A stretch of DNA of 64,000 nt. It comes from an uncultured virus (IMG/VR IMGVR_UViG_3300027704_003386) (taxonomy: Duplodnaviria > Heunggongvirae > Uroviricota > Caudoviricetes). The notes under the pieces are model-generated. The model searched no databases. It was not told the DNA's origin and worked only from the letters and a program-made list of their open reading frames with translations. Positions 36,429-44,972 of this stretch are shown piece after piece (the stretch's first letter is position 1; each line of letters opens with the position of its first letter). A program made the translations under genes and the position numbers. The DNA lies in IMG/VR virus record IMGVR_UViG_3300027704_003386; one strand, given 5' to 3'.

Positions 36429-37406
36429 TTAAAATGCTGTTGACCAGTCTAAATGACCTTTACTATAATTTGTTACTCTACTTGCAAAGAAATCTGTTTG
36501 TTGTTTACCTGCGATGACTGCATCAAACCATTTCATAGTTTTTAATGCTCCTTTATCAATATCTTCTGATGGAATAATAGGTGTTAGCCCTAAGTCACTC
36601 ATTTTGATATTAACTCTATGTCTAATAAAGTTTTTTAATTCGTCTTTAGTTAAATTTTCTAAATCTCCCATTTCGAATGTCTTATCAATAAAGTCAAATT
36701 CTAATTTTATTGCTAATAGTGCTGCTTCTTCTATTTCTTTAATTAACTTTTTAGTTTTGAATTCAGGATGCTCCTCCATTAAAGTTCTAAATAACCAACA
36801 TCCAGCGTTAGAGTGTAAAGATTCATCTCTCACTGACCATTCTACTATTTGTCCTACTCCTTTTAACTTATTTCTCATTTTAAAAGAAAGTAAAACAGCA
36901 AAGGAAGAAAATAAATTAACACCTTCTGTAAATGCAGAAAAAATTGCAAGTGATTTAGCTCTTTCATGCCAGTTTGCAGTACCATCATGATTATCTCTAA
37001 CATTCATTAAAGATTCTATTTTAGCCATAGTAGCTTCATCTTGTAGGAATTCTGAGAAGTCATCTAATCCTAATTGCTCATTTAGTAAAGAGTATGCCTC
37101 AGCATGAATAGTTTCTGATGAACCTAAAGTTGTGCCCATCATAATTATTTCAGGTTTTCTGAACCATTTAGTTACTAAGGTAGACCAGTAGTCGTTTACT
37201 ATAGTTTCAGTTTGTGCAAATCCTTTTAGTATTTGACCTATTACGTTTTTTTCGTATGGTTTTAAATTACTTTTCCAGTCTGTTACATCATTTGCCATTG
37301 GTACCTCTGTATGTAGCCAGTGTGCTTGTTGTTGTTTTAACCAGTAGTCGTATGCCTGTGGGTATTCAAACGGTTTATAAACAATTCTTTCATTAAGTAA
37401 ACTCAT
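36429..37406 (-). CDS. nrdB: ribonucleotide reductase class I beta subunit
   Basis: ETIHAEAY, EGVNLFSSF, RDESLH and DFF..RV.NY. Confidence 0.95.
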   Translation of the reverse strand: MSLLNERIVYKPFEYPQAYDYWLKQQQAHWLHTEVPMANDVTDWKSNLKPYEKNVIGQILKGFAQTETIVNDYWSTLVTKWFRKPEIIMMGTTLGSSETIHAEAYSLLNEQLGLDDFSEFLQDEATMAKIESLMNVRDNHDGTANWHERAKSLAIFSAFTEGVNLFSSFAVLLSFKMRNKLKGVGQIVEWSVRDESLHSNAGCWLFRTLMEEHPEFKTKKLIKEIEEAALLAIKLEFDFIDKTFEMGDLENLTKDELKNFIRHRVNIKMSDLGLTPIIPSEDIDKGALKTMKWFDAVIAGKQQTDFFASRVTNYSKGHLDWSTAF

Positions 37407-37512
37407 ATATCTTTATATATTATTGATTGATTTAGACAAGAAATCCTCGATAATCTTTGACTGTCGAGGACATTTAATAAATAGAATATATATTCTACTT
37501 TCGCCCTAAAAA

Positions 37513-38865
37513 TTATAGTTTTTTATCAAATACTTTATTCATTACATCTTTATCCAAATTATACTTCGGAGTATTTTCATCAGCAATTAAATCTTGTGCT
37601 GACATTTTCTCTAAAAATTCTATCCTACCGTTATTAGTATCCATTTTTATGTTATAAGTCATACCGTCTTGGCCGTATCTATTTTTCATGACGTGTATTC
37701 TTCCTGTTCCAAGTACTTTATCTTCTTTCTGACGTGATAAGGATATACATAGGTCTGCTACCATCATCTTATCGTAAGATCCTGCTGCTTTATCTCCTTC
37801 TATAATTGTATCTTTAGCTCCCATTCTATTAACTTGGGAAGGAGTAATAATAGGTATTTTTAATTCCTTAGCTAATCCTTTAGTTGCAATAAATACATCA
37901 TCAATTTCATCTTTACGTTCTGCAAACTTATTTCCTTTAGAGGGTGCTCGTAAGTAGTCTACATAGTCAATAACAACTAAGTCTGGTTTATGTTCCATAT
38001 CCATACATTTTTGAATGTGTGACTTAATAGTGTTAACTGTAGCTCCTTTTGGAGGGTACTCCTTAACTATTAACTTACCTTTAAGGTTATCTACGTACTT
38101 CTGTACTTCCTCACGGTGTTGATTAACTTCATCGATAGAGTATCCTGTAAAATAGCAGTCAAAGCGCTTGCCAACGTAGTCTTCTCCGAGTTCCAAAGTG
38201 TAATAATTAACGTTGTACCCAAGGCTAACAGCGTGAGCAGCAATAGCAACCATAGTCCACGACTTACCGCCACCAGGATTACCAAATACAATACCAAGGT
38301 CCCCAGGTCCGAACCCTCCTTGAATAGCATCGTTAAAGATAGGCCAAGGAGTAGCAACAGTAGGACGATAGTCAGTTCTATACCGCGTTTCAACATCTTT
38401 ATTATATTCATGTCCAATATTTTTATCCATCCCGGCTTTCATTGCAGTTTCGATTGTATTTCTTATACCGTCGAAATCACCAGCTTTTAATAAGTCTGCT
38501 GAGTTAAGGATAGCGTGTTTCATTTCTTGATTCTTACAGAAAGTTGTAAATTCTTCCTGTACATATTCTAAGTCATCTTGAGATGCCTCATAAGAAGTTC
38601 TTAATTCTTCTTTTAATGCAACTATCAACACTTCGTTTTCAACTTTTTGTAGCTCTACTTTGAGTACATCCATTGTTACAACGGTGTGGTACTTATCAAA
38701 GTATTCTGTAATCTTATTAATAATCCACTTATGTGAATCTGCATCAAAATACTCCTCTCTAATTGTATCTCTAACATTTAAAAGAAAGGTCTTATCCGTA
38801 AGGAGAGAACCTAAAACTTTTAACTGGAAACCTTTACCGTACTCTTGAAGTCTTTTTAATGTCAT
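37513..38865 (-). CDS. DnaB-like replicative helicase
   Basis: GNPGGGKS, YTLEL, VIDYVD, SQVNR and KNRYG. Confidence 0.92.
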   Translation of the reverse strand: MTLKRLQEYGKGFQLKVLGSLLTDKTFLLNVRDTIREEYFDADSHKWIINKITEYFDKYHTVVTMDVLKVELQKVENEVLIVALKEELRTSYEASQDDLEYVQEEFTTFCKNQEMKHAILNSADLLKAGDFDGIRNTIETAMKAGMDKNIGHEYNKDVETRYRTDYRPTVATPWPIFNDAIQGGFGPGDLGIVFGNPGGGKSWTMVAIAAHAVSLGYNVNYYTLELGEDYVGKRFDCYFTGYSIDEVNQHREEVQKYVDNLKGKLIVKEYPPKGATVNTIKSHIQKCMDMEHKPDLVVIDYVDYLRAPSKGNKFAERKDEIDDVFIATKGLAKELKIPIITPSQVNRMGAKDTIIEGDKAAGSYDKMMVADLCISLSRQKEDKVLGTGRIHVMKNRYGQDGMTYNIKMDTNNGRIEFLEKMSAQDLIADENTPKYNLDKDVMNKVFDKKL

Positions 38866-38894
38866 ATAACCGTTTTATTATTCTATAAATATAA

Positions 38895-39317
38895 TTAATT
38901 TTTGTCTAATAGCCAACTACTTGACTGTATCTTTTGCCCTAATCCGTCAATTAACTTTATCCCTAATTCTTTACATATTAATGATTCAGGAATAGTATCA
39001 TTATTCTGGTCTCCTCCATTAGCAAAAGATAGTACGTGAGTTTCACCATATATAGCATGTACTTCTTTTAAACTTTGAATTTGAGTTTTATCAATATCCA
39101 CAGATACCATAGCCCAGTCAACATATTTTATTGCTTTAATAATTGTTAACCTTTCTTCTTCGAGTTGAAATTCTTTAGAACCTTTTAAATACCTTTGCAA
39201 GTCTGAGTTAACTATTACTATTAGCATATCTCCTACTCCTTTAGCAATCTCTAATAATTCTAAATGACCTTTATGAATGGGGTTAAAATACCCGCTAACT
39301 ATTGTTGCTTTTTTCAT
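38895..39317 (-). CDS. cytidylyltransferase (TagD/RfaE-like)
   Basis: SGYFNPIHKGH, VNSD, FANGGD and KIQSSS. Confidence 0.88.
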   Translation of the reverse strand: MKKATIVSGYFNPIHKGHLELLEIAKGVGDMLIVIVNSDLQRYLKGSKEFQLEEERLTIIKAIKYVDWAMVSVDIDKTQIQSLKEVHAIYGETHVLSFANGGDQNNDTIPESLICKELGIKLIDGLGQKIQSSSWLLDKN

Positions 39318-40335
39318 TTACCGTTGTTAATCTTCTAAAATTTTCTAGCCAACCTTCTGTGTTCTTAGTTATACCTTCTATCTTATCTATTTCTAGTAAA
39401 GATAAAAATACTCCTACTCGCAGGGTAGGAATGGGAGCTTTAATAACCTCCATAACATGCTCTTTTTCTTTATCGTCAAGTACAGTTTTATGCAAGTCCA
39501 TTAATTCAAAATTGGTTTCAACTCTATCCCATTCTGTGATAATCTTAGGAAATATTTTTTTACCGTCTAATTTTCCTTCACAGACTTCGTAAACATACTC
39601 TAAACCAGTATTAGGTTCAGTAACTAATTTAGGGAACTCTTTAATTATTGTTTTTATCCCTAATCCTTTTACTCCTGCTAAATTATCAGAATTATCACCT
39701 AATAAAGCTTTTACAACGTTGTAGTTGGTAACGTCTACTTTTAATTCTTCAGCTATATTATCCTTAGTAAACAGTACTTTTCTAATAGGAGAGTATACTT
39801 CTACTGTATCGTCTACAAGTTGTAGGAAATCTTTATCTGAAGATACTATTGTTAATTTTTTAGAATTAGAAAATGATGCTTGTTTACCTATATAGGCTAT
39901 AATATCATCTGCTTCAAGTTTGTCAAGTATAATTTGCTGGACTGGTAGGTGTTCTATATAGTCCATAGTCCTATAAAGCTGTGCTATTAATGCTTCTGTT
40001 TCTTCAGCTTTAGTATCATATAACCCCCAATGTGTTATCCTATTAGTAGCTCGATTAGCTTTATAGTTAGGATCAATATTTTTCCTATTACCTGATCCTC
40101 CTTTTCCATCCCATACTATTACAACTCTTGTAGGATCAAAAGTACGTGTAACGTAACCAAGAGAACGCAAGAAGCCAACCAGACCTCCTATATGGTGGCC
40201 TGATGGATTCATTGCCTTAAGAAGAGAAAAACTACGAATTAACATATTCATAGCATCGATCACTAAAATGTGGTCGTTCACTTCTCGGGGCGGGGTCTCT
40301 TTTAAGTTATTAAGTATATTACTATAGTTTGCCAT
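39295..40335 (-). CDS. 5'-3' exonuclease / phage RNase H
   Basis: VIDAMN, VWDG, YKANR, EADDIIA, SSDKDFLQL and GDNSDNLAGVKGLG. Confidence 0.93.
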   Translation of the reverse strand: MANYSNILNNLKETPPREVNDHILVIDAMNMLIRSFSLLKAMNPSGHHIGGLVGFLRSLGYVTRTFDPTRVVIVWDGKGGSGNRKNIDPNYKANRATNRITHWGLYDTKAEETEALIAQLYRTMDYIEHLPVQQIILDKLEADDIIAYIGKQASFSNSKKLTIVSSDKDFLQLVDDTVEVYSPIRKVLFTKDNIAEELKVDVTNYNVVKALLGDNSDNLAGVKGLGIKTIIKEFPKLVTEPNTGLEYVYEVCEGKLDGKKIFPKIITEWDRVETNFELMDLHKTVLDDKEKEHVMEVIKAPIPTLRVGVFLSLLEIDKIEGITKNTEGWLENFRRLTTVNEKSNNS

Positions 40336-41405
40336 TAATCTAAAATATTAGGTGTGATTCTTTCTTCTTCAAGGTCTCCCTCTTCTATTAAGTCGAAATC
40401 TATAGTACCTACTAATTTTAGCCAGTGATCTTTATGTGCATCTCTATATTTATCTATTGCTTTTTTATCATCTTCGATAAAACCATGTGAAGTCATTACA
40501 ACTCTACCTCTTGATTGTACGCCACCTATATGGTTTTTTTCTATCTGAATGTTTGTTCTTTTAGCAAACTCTACCTGTAAGCCATTCTTTACAGCTTTAA
40601 TTTTAGAAGTACCTGGATTAGTAATATTTCCAAACGTTACAACTAAAGTAGCGTCATACCACATGGACATACCTCCTTTGTTCTGTAATTTAGGCTGTCC
40701 CATCGGATGCTCAGGTTTCATTGTCCAAACCTTATTGATAGCAACTAATGTATTAGTATAAGGTGAGTTTTCTTTTCTAGATAATAGAATCTTTTGATTT
40801 AGGTTATTACCGAATTGAGTAGACATTGCTCCTGCATTCCATTCATTATTATTCTTATTAGAACGAATTGATAAATCACAAGGTATAGATCCGATTGAAT
40901 CCCAGAAGAAGCACATATCATATGGTAAGTTACCTTTTGCTTGTTCATCCATTAAGTCAGCCATATATACCGCTACTTCTTCAATAGAATTTAACGAACC
41001 TCTATCTGCATATAAAAAATGACCTTCGTAATCCGTTACGGTACCGTTTTTATCGGTTACCTCATCGAACTCTAATCCCATCTCTTTAGCATGATCCCAA
41101 GACCATTTCATCTCAGATATAATGAATACTGGTAGAATACCTGCTTTTTGAGCATTTACTGCTGCTTCTAATAACGCGGTAGTTTTTCCAGTATCACTAT
41201 GTCCTCTTAATAAAGTTATATGTCCTGTTGGAATACCAGGTAGTGAAGTAATATCTTGAAATGCCTTAGACAAGGGAATCCAACCTTGCTCCTTAAATTT
41301 TACGGATGCATTTGAGAATCCTTTCTTCTTTTTAAAATTACCAAGATTAAAATTTTTCTTGACAGCCGCACTCGCGGCTTCTTGGACTTCCTTTTTCTTT
41401 GCCAT
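40335..41405 (-). CDS. RecA/UvsX-like recombinase
   Basis: GIPTGHI..L.GHSDTGKTT, WDSIGS, KGG and KNH. Confidence 0.85.
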   Translation of the reverse strand: MAKKKEVQEAASAAVKKNFNLGNFKKKKGFSNASVKFKEQGWIPLSKAFQDITSLPGIPTGHITLLRGHSDTGKTTALLEAAVNAQKAGILPVFIISEMKWSWDHAKEMGLEFDEVTDKNGTVTDYEGHFLYADRGSLNSIEEVAVYMADLMDEQAKGNLPYDMCFFWDSIGSIPCDLSIRSNKNNNEWNAGAMSTQFGNNLNQKILLSRKENSPYTNTLVAINKVWTMKPEHPMGQPKLQNKGGMSMWYDATLVVTFGNITNPGTSKIKAVKNGLQVEFAKRTNIQIEKNHIGGVQSRGRVVMTSHGFIEDDKKAIDKYRDAHKDHWLKLVGTIDFDLIEEGDLEEERITPNILD

Positions 41406-41415
41406 TTATTGTTTT

Positions 41416-42207
41416 TTACTCGTTAAATAAATCTGTAAACTTTTCTGCTTTTGTTGATCCTTGCGATTGAGCTGTCTCTAAAGAAAAATCAGTAGTAGTA
41501 GGTGCAGGTACAACTCCAGGAGTAGCAGCAGGAGCATCTGATTCTATCTCTGCAGATGGATCAAGATATTTCTGTAATTGCTTCTTTACAAAGTCGTATG
41601 CCATAGGTTTATGAACCTCCATAGGATCTGGTTGTTCTTTTAACCATGCTTCTACTAAAGTATTATTATCGGATAAAGCAGTTTGCTTAGGTTTAATACG
41701 AACAGTAGTCTGTGGGTAAGGGTTACCTTGTACTTGTTCTACTACTAAATCCCATCCGTTAATCACGTCCGTAATATCACCGATATCTTCATCAGCAATT
41801 AGAGAGTATAGAGCTTTCTGAATAGTAACTCCGAATCCCCATAGTCTTACTCCTTGGTCTTCTTGACCTCTTACTATAACAGGAGCAAATACTCTTGTTT
41901 TAGGGTTAAGTTTACCAGCTAAAGACCAATTGTCTCTATCAGAAGTCTTTTTTAATTCATTTACGAACTCTTCAATAGGGTCTTGTTTACCGAAGTTAGA
42001 TAGAGCTACCATAGGTCGTTCTCCTACTCCATAGTGAAATTTCATTTCTTTGAATGGCATTGCCGGATCAAAAAATGATGGAAGCAGACGAACTGTCTGT
42101 TTTCCTAATTCAGGTTTCCAAAAGATTTTGGTGTAGTCAGTTTTTTCTCTCTCCTGACCATTTGAGTTTAAGGCATCTAGTTTAGCCTTGATTGCATTTA
42201 AATCCAT
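41416..42207 (-). CDS. single-stranded DNA-binding protein (gp32-like)
   Basis: FWKP....VRLLP, DPIEE, GDITD...GWD and acidic/aromatic C-terminus (FTDLFNE). Confidence 0.8.
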   Translation of the reverse strand: MDLNAIKAKLDALNSNGQEREKTDYTKIFWKPELGKQTVRLLPSFFDPAMPFKEMKFHYGVGERPMVALSNFGKQDPIEEFVNELKKTSDRDNWSLAGKLNPKTRVFAPVIVRGQEDQGVRLWGFGVTIQKALYSLIADEDIGDITDVINGWDLVVEQVQGNPYPQTTVRIKPKQTALSDNNTLVEAWLKEQPDPMEVHKPMAYDFVKKQLQKYLDPSAEIESDAPAATPGVVPAPTTTDFSLETAQSQGSTKAEKFTDLFNE

Positions 42208-42265
42208 ATATATAACATTTAATTAATAACCTATTATTCTATAATATAAGAATAATTTTTCGAAC

Positions 42266-42718
42266 TTACAACTCTAATATCTTATAAAGTTTAGTATTTA
42301 TCCTTTTTAATTCGTCTCCTTTGGTTAAAAGTATACAGTTTTTGAAGTCTGGCCAATTAACTCGGAAAGTATTGTCTGCTACTCCTCCATTTAACTCTTT
42401 AATTAGTGTATTCAATGCATTAATTGTATATAATGTATTAGATTCTTTCTTTCTGTGTACTAGGATAGTATTCTCTAAAAAATTAGAAATATTACCAAAG
42501 TCTACATTATACGTACAGATGTATTCATCTTGACTCTTTGCATACAGTATAAAGATCTTGTTGTAAATGATCTTATATTTTTCCTGTATTTGCGTGAGAG
42601 TTGAATCTAGATTTTGCTCTGTAGAAAATGTGCAAAATAATTTGTTACTCATATCGTCGTTTATCCTAATAGGCTCGAAATCGTAGCTAAATGTGTTCGT
42701 GTCTTGAATGTCTATCAT
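42266..42718 (-). CDS. conserved-looking phage hypothetical protein
   Basis: NKLFCTF, TYNVD and HRKKESNTLYTINALN. Confidence 0.55.
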   Translation of the reverse strand: MIDIQDTNTFSYDFEPIRINDDMSNKLFCTFSTEQNLDSTLTQIQEKYKIIYNKIFILYAKSQDEYICTYNVDFGNISNFLENTILVHRKKESNTLYTINALNTLIKELNGGVADNTFRVNWPDFKNCILLTKGDELKRINTKLYKILEL

Positions 42719-42740
42719 TCTAATATAAATATGAGTTACT

Positions 42741-44060
42741 TTATAAAACTAAACTGTTTGAATACTTAAATTTAACGGGGTATAACGAGTTGCATTCTAA
42801 AATAGACTGCAATTCACTTATTATATGTTCTCCATCATCATCACTTAAGTCGATAATTAAAGCGTCATAGATATATAACACTAGTTCACTTTTCTTATTA
42901 TCTAAATACCTAAGTACTTCTTTTAATATAGTAATATTATTTGAGGTCTCCAACGATTGCATCATATAGTTCATTAACTTTGCTGGATGCATCTCTTTTA
43001 ATGCTTTAGTAAACGGCTTTCCTGATTGAGGATTATATACAACTCCATCTTTTTCATATGTAGCCCAAAGAGTATCTATGTACTCTTGTACTTTAATAAA
43101 TATTTCTAAATTTTTATGCTCTTCTGGTATTTTACCGTATATTGCTTGAAAATTAATCTGTTTTGCCTGTATATACTGTTCATCAGTAATATCTTTAGTT
43201 CCGTAATAAAATTCAGCAAGTTGTTTGTGGGCTGATTCTGCTGTTAACTTGTAGTTAATCTGATTACAAAGTAGACGCAAGTGATAACCGTCAAAATCAA
43301 GCTCAACAAATCGGTTATTTTTAGGTCTGAAAGATTTCCTGTGTTCTTCAGATTTTGGTATTGCAGCGAAATTAACGCTATTAAAAGCATTAGTAGGTCT
43401 AGATGTAGCATTATATAAATTGTATGAAGTTAGTACTGATTTATTAAGTGTGTTGTATTTAGGGTCCCTTGGTGTAAATAATTTAATGTAATCTTCATAA
43501 TTTACTCCTATACCCGGTTGTTCTATTAAGTAAAATACATTAGTAGCGGTTTTATTATAAAAATCAAACCCTTTTGGTATATCAAACCCTATTACGTGTT
43601 TAACTGAATTGTATGTATCCTCACAGGATTCGTGTAATTTAGCAATTGGTATGATTCTGTTAATATCATCAATTGTTCTGTACCTTGAATAGAGGTTATT
43701 GTTAATTTCCTTACTATACTCTAATCTATCGTACTTAGTCATTGAATATAACAGTGATAGATCTATTGCTCCCTGTAAATTGAAGTGGTATAACAGATCC
43801 TTTTTGTTTAATGTATATAGTAGTGGTATTTTCGAAAGAATTGCAGAGACACAAGATTTCGATAGGTTAACTCCTTCTTCATGGTCGATAGGGATAATAT
43901 ATCCTTTAGTATCATGGACGGGTCGTAAATATACTGCAACAGTTTTAGATAATTTAGGATGGTAGTAGTTATTAGTAGTTATAACATCTACGTATAACCC
44001 ATCTTTTGATAATTCCAGTAATTTTTCGAGTTTAGACTCTTCTTCAACTATATAAAACAC
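42741..44060 (-). CDS. short family A DNA polymerase-like protein (second PolA)
   Basis: TSRP, motif A ELDFDGYHLRL, motif B AKQINFQAIYG and motif C YIYDAL. Confidence 0.75.
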   Translation of the reverse strand: MFYIVEEESKLEKLLELSKDGLYVDVITTNNYYHPKLSKTVAVYLRPVHDTKGYIIPIDHEEGVNLSKSCVSAILSKIPLLYTLNKKDLLYHFNLQGAIDLSLLYSMTKYDRLEYSKEINNNLYSRYRTIDDINRIIPIAKLHESCEDTYNSVKHVIGFDIPKGFDFYNKTATNVFYLIEQPGIGVNYEDYIKLFTPRDPKYNTLNKSVLTSYNLYNATSRPTNAFNSVNFAAIPKSEEHRKSFRPKNNRFVELDFDGYHLRLLCNQINYKLTAESAHKQLAEFYYGTKDITDEQYIQAKQINFQAIYGKIPEEHKNLEIFIKVQEYIDTLWATYEKDGVVYNPQSGKPFTKALKEMHPAKLMNYMMQSLETSNNITILKEVLRYLDNKKSELVLYIYDALIIDLSDDDGEHIISELQSILECNSLYPVKFKYSNSLVL

Positions 44061-44111
44061 TTGTATAACCTTTTTATTTAATATAAGAATAAATAAGTTA
44101 TAAAAAAACTA

Positions 44112-44972
44112 TTACAGCATTTGATCTCGATCTCTATTTGAACCTCCGCTTCTACCTCCTGATCTTCTAGTGCTTATCATTCCTTTTGGATCATTTACCC
44201 TTCTTCTTTGAGGACTCGGTGTTTTTTTCTTTTTAACTCTCTCAATATTTTTCTCCTTAACTACTATTTCTTTTTCTACCTTAGGGGTAATAGGTCGAGG
44301 TATTGGTTTTGATTTAGGATTCAATAAATCATTTAACTGGTTTAATGCACCTTCAATATCAATTTTAGATTTATAAGGTACGAAAGGTTTTAACTTAGCT
44401 TTTTCAGCTGCTATTGCGGCTTGAATAAATGAGTTAGCTTGTCCTTCCGTAAGTATAAATTCAGTAGTATCGTTTAAAATTAAAGCAATACCTGGGAATA
44501 TTATTTGCGATTGATCAATTACGTCTTGATTTTTACGTTTTAACCCCGGGTGCTGATAGTCATTAATAATGGTATCTTCTGCAAGTCCTACTATATTCCA
44601 CTGTACCTTTAAGGTTCTTCTATATAATTTACCTTCTTTTTGTTCAGCAAGATATTGTTTAGGATCAGTTTCTACAATTTTATTTTTTCTTATGTCTCTT
44701 ATAAAATACCTATCGTATGTTTTTTTCTGATAGTCTTTATATGTAGGTTTTCTATAAACTCTAGTCAATCCTAATTCTTTAGCAACTAAGTTTGGATCTA
44801 TATCAGGAACAAATTCTAGGGATACTGATTCAGCTGTTACTTCTTCTCCTTTGTAAAAATTACCTAGAAAATCTTGCACAAACTTACCGCCGAAAGCTCT
44901 TCCAGTTACTTTATCAAGTAGTTTCCCACCGATCTTTCCTCCTACTATTTGTTTTATCTTAGGTATATACAT
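44112..44972 (-). CDS. hypothetical protein (end of the tail module)
   Basis: Coupled to the upstream baseplate-like gene; basic low-complexity C-terminus. Confidence 0.5.
   Translation of the reverse strand: MYIPKIKQIVGGKIGGKLLDKVTGRAFGGKFVQDFLGNFYKGEEVTAESVSLEFVPDIDPNLVAKELGLTRVYRKPTYKDYQKKTYDRYFIRDIRKNKIVETDPKQYLAEQKEGKLYRRTLKVQWNIVGLAEDTIINDYQHPGLKRKNQDVIDQSQIIFPGIALILNDTTEFILTEGQANSFIQAAIAAEKAKLKPFVPYKSKIDIEGALNQLNDLLNPKSKPIPRPITPKVEKEIVVKEKNIERVKKKKTPSPQRRRVNDPKGMISTRRSGGRSGGSNRDRDQML

Noticed and set aside
37482..37497. NrdR box before nrdB
   Set aside because: Only the central ATATAT matches; the flanking CAC/GTG-type bases of the NrdR consensus are absent. Kept only as a generic palindrome.
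15018..41405. Inteins or group I introns in polA, nrdA, nrdB, helicase or recA
   Set aside because: Reading frames are continuous and of compact length, with no splice-junction or homing-endonuclease motifs noticed.
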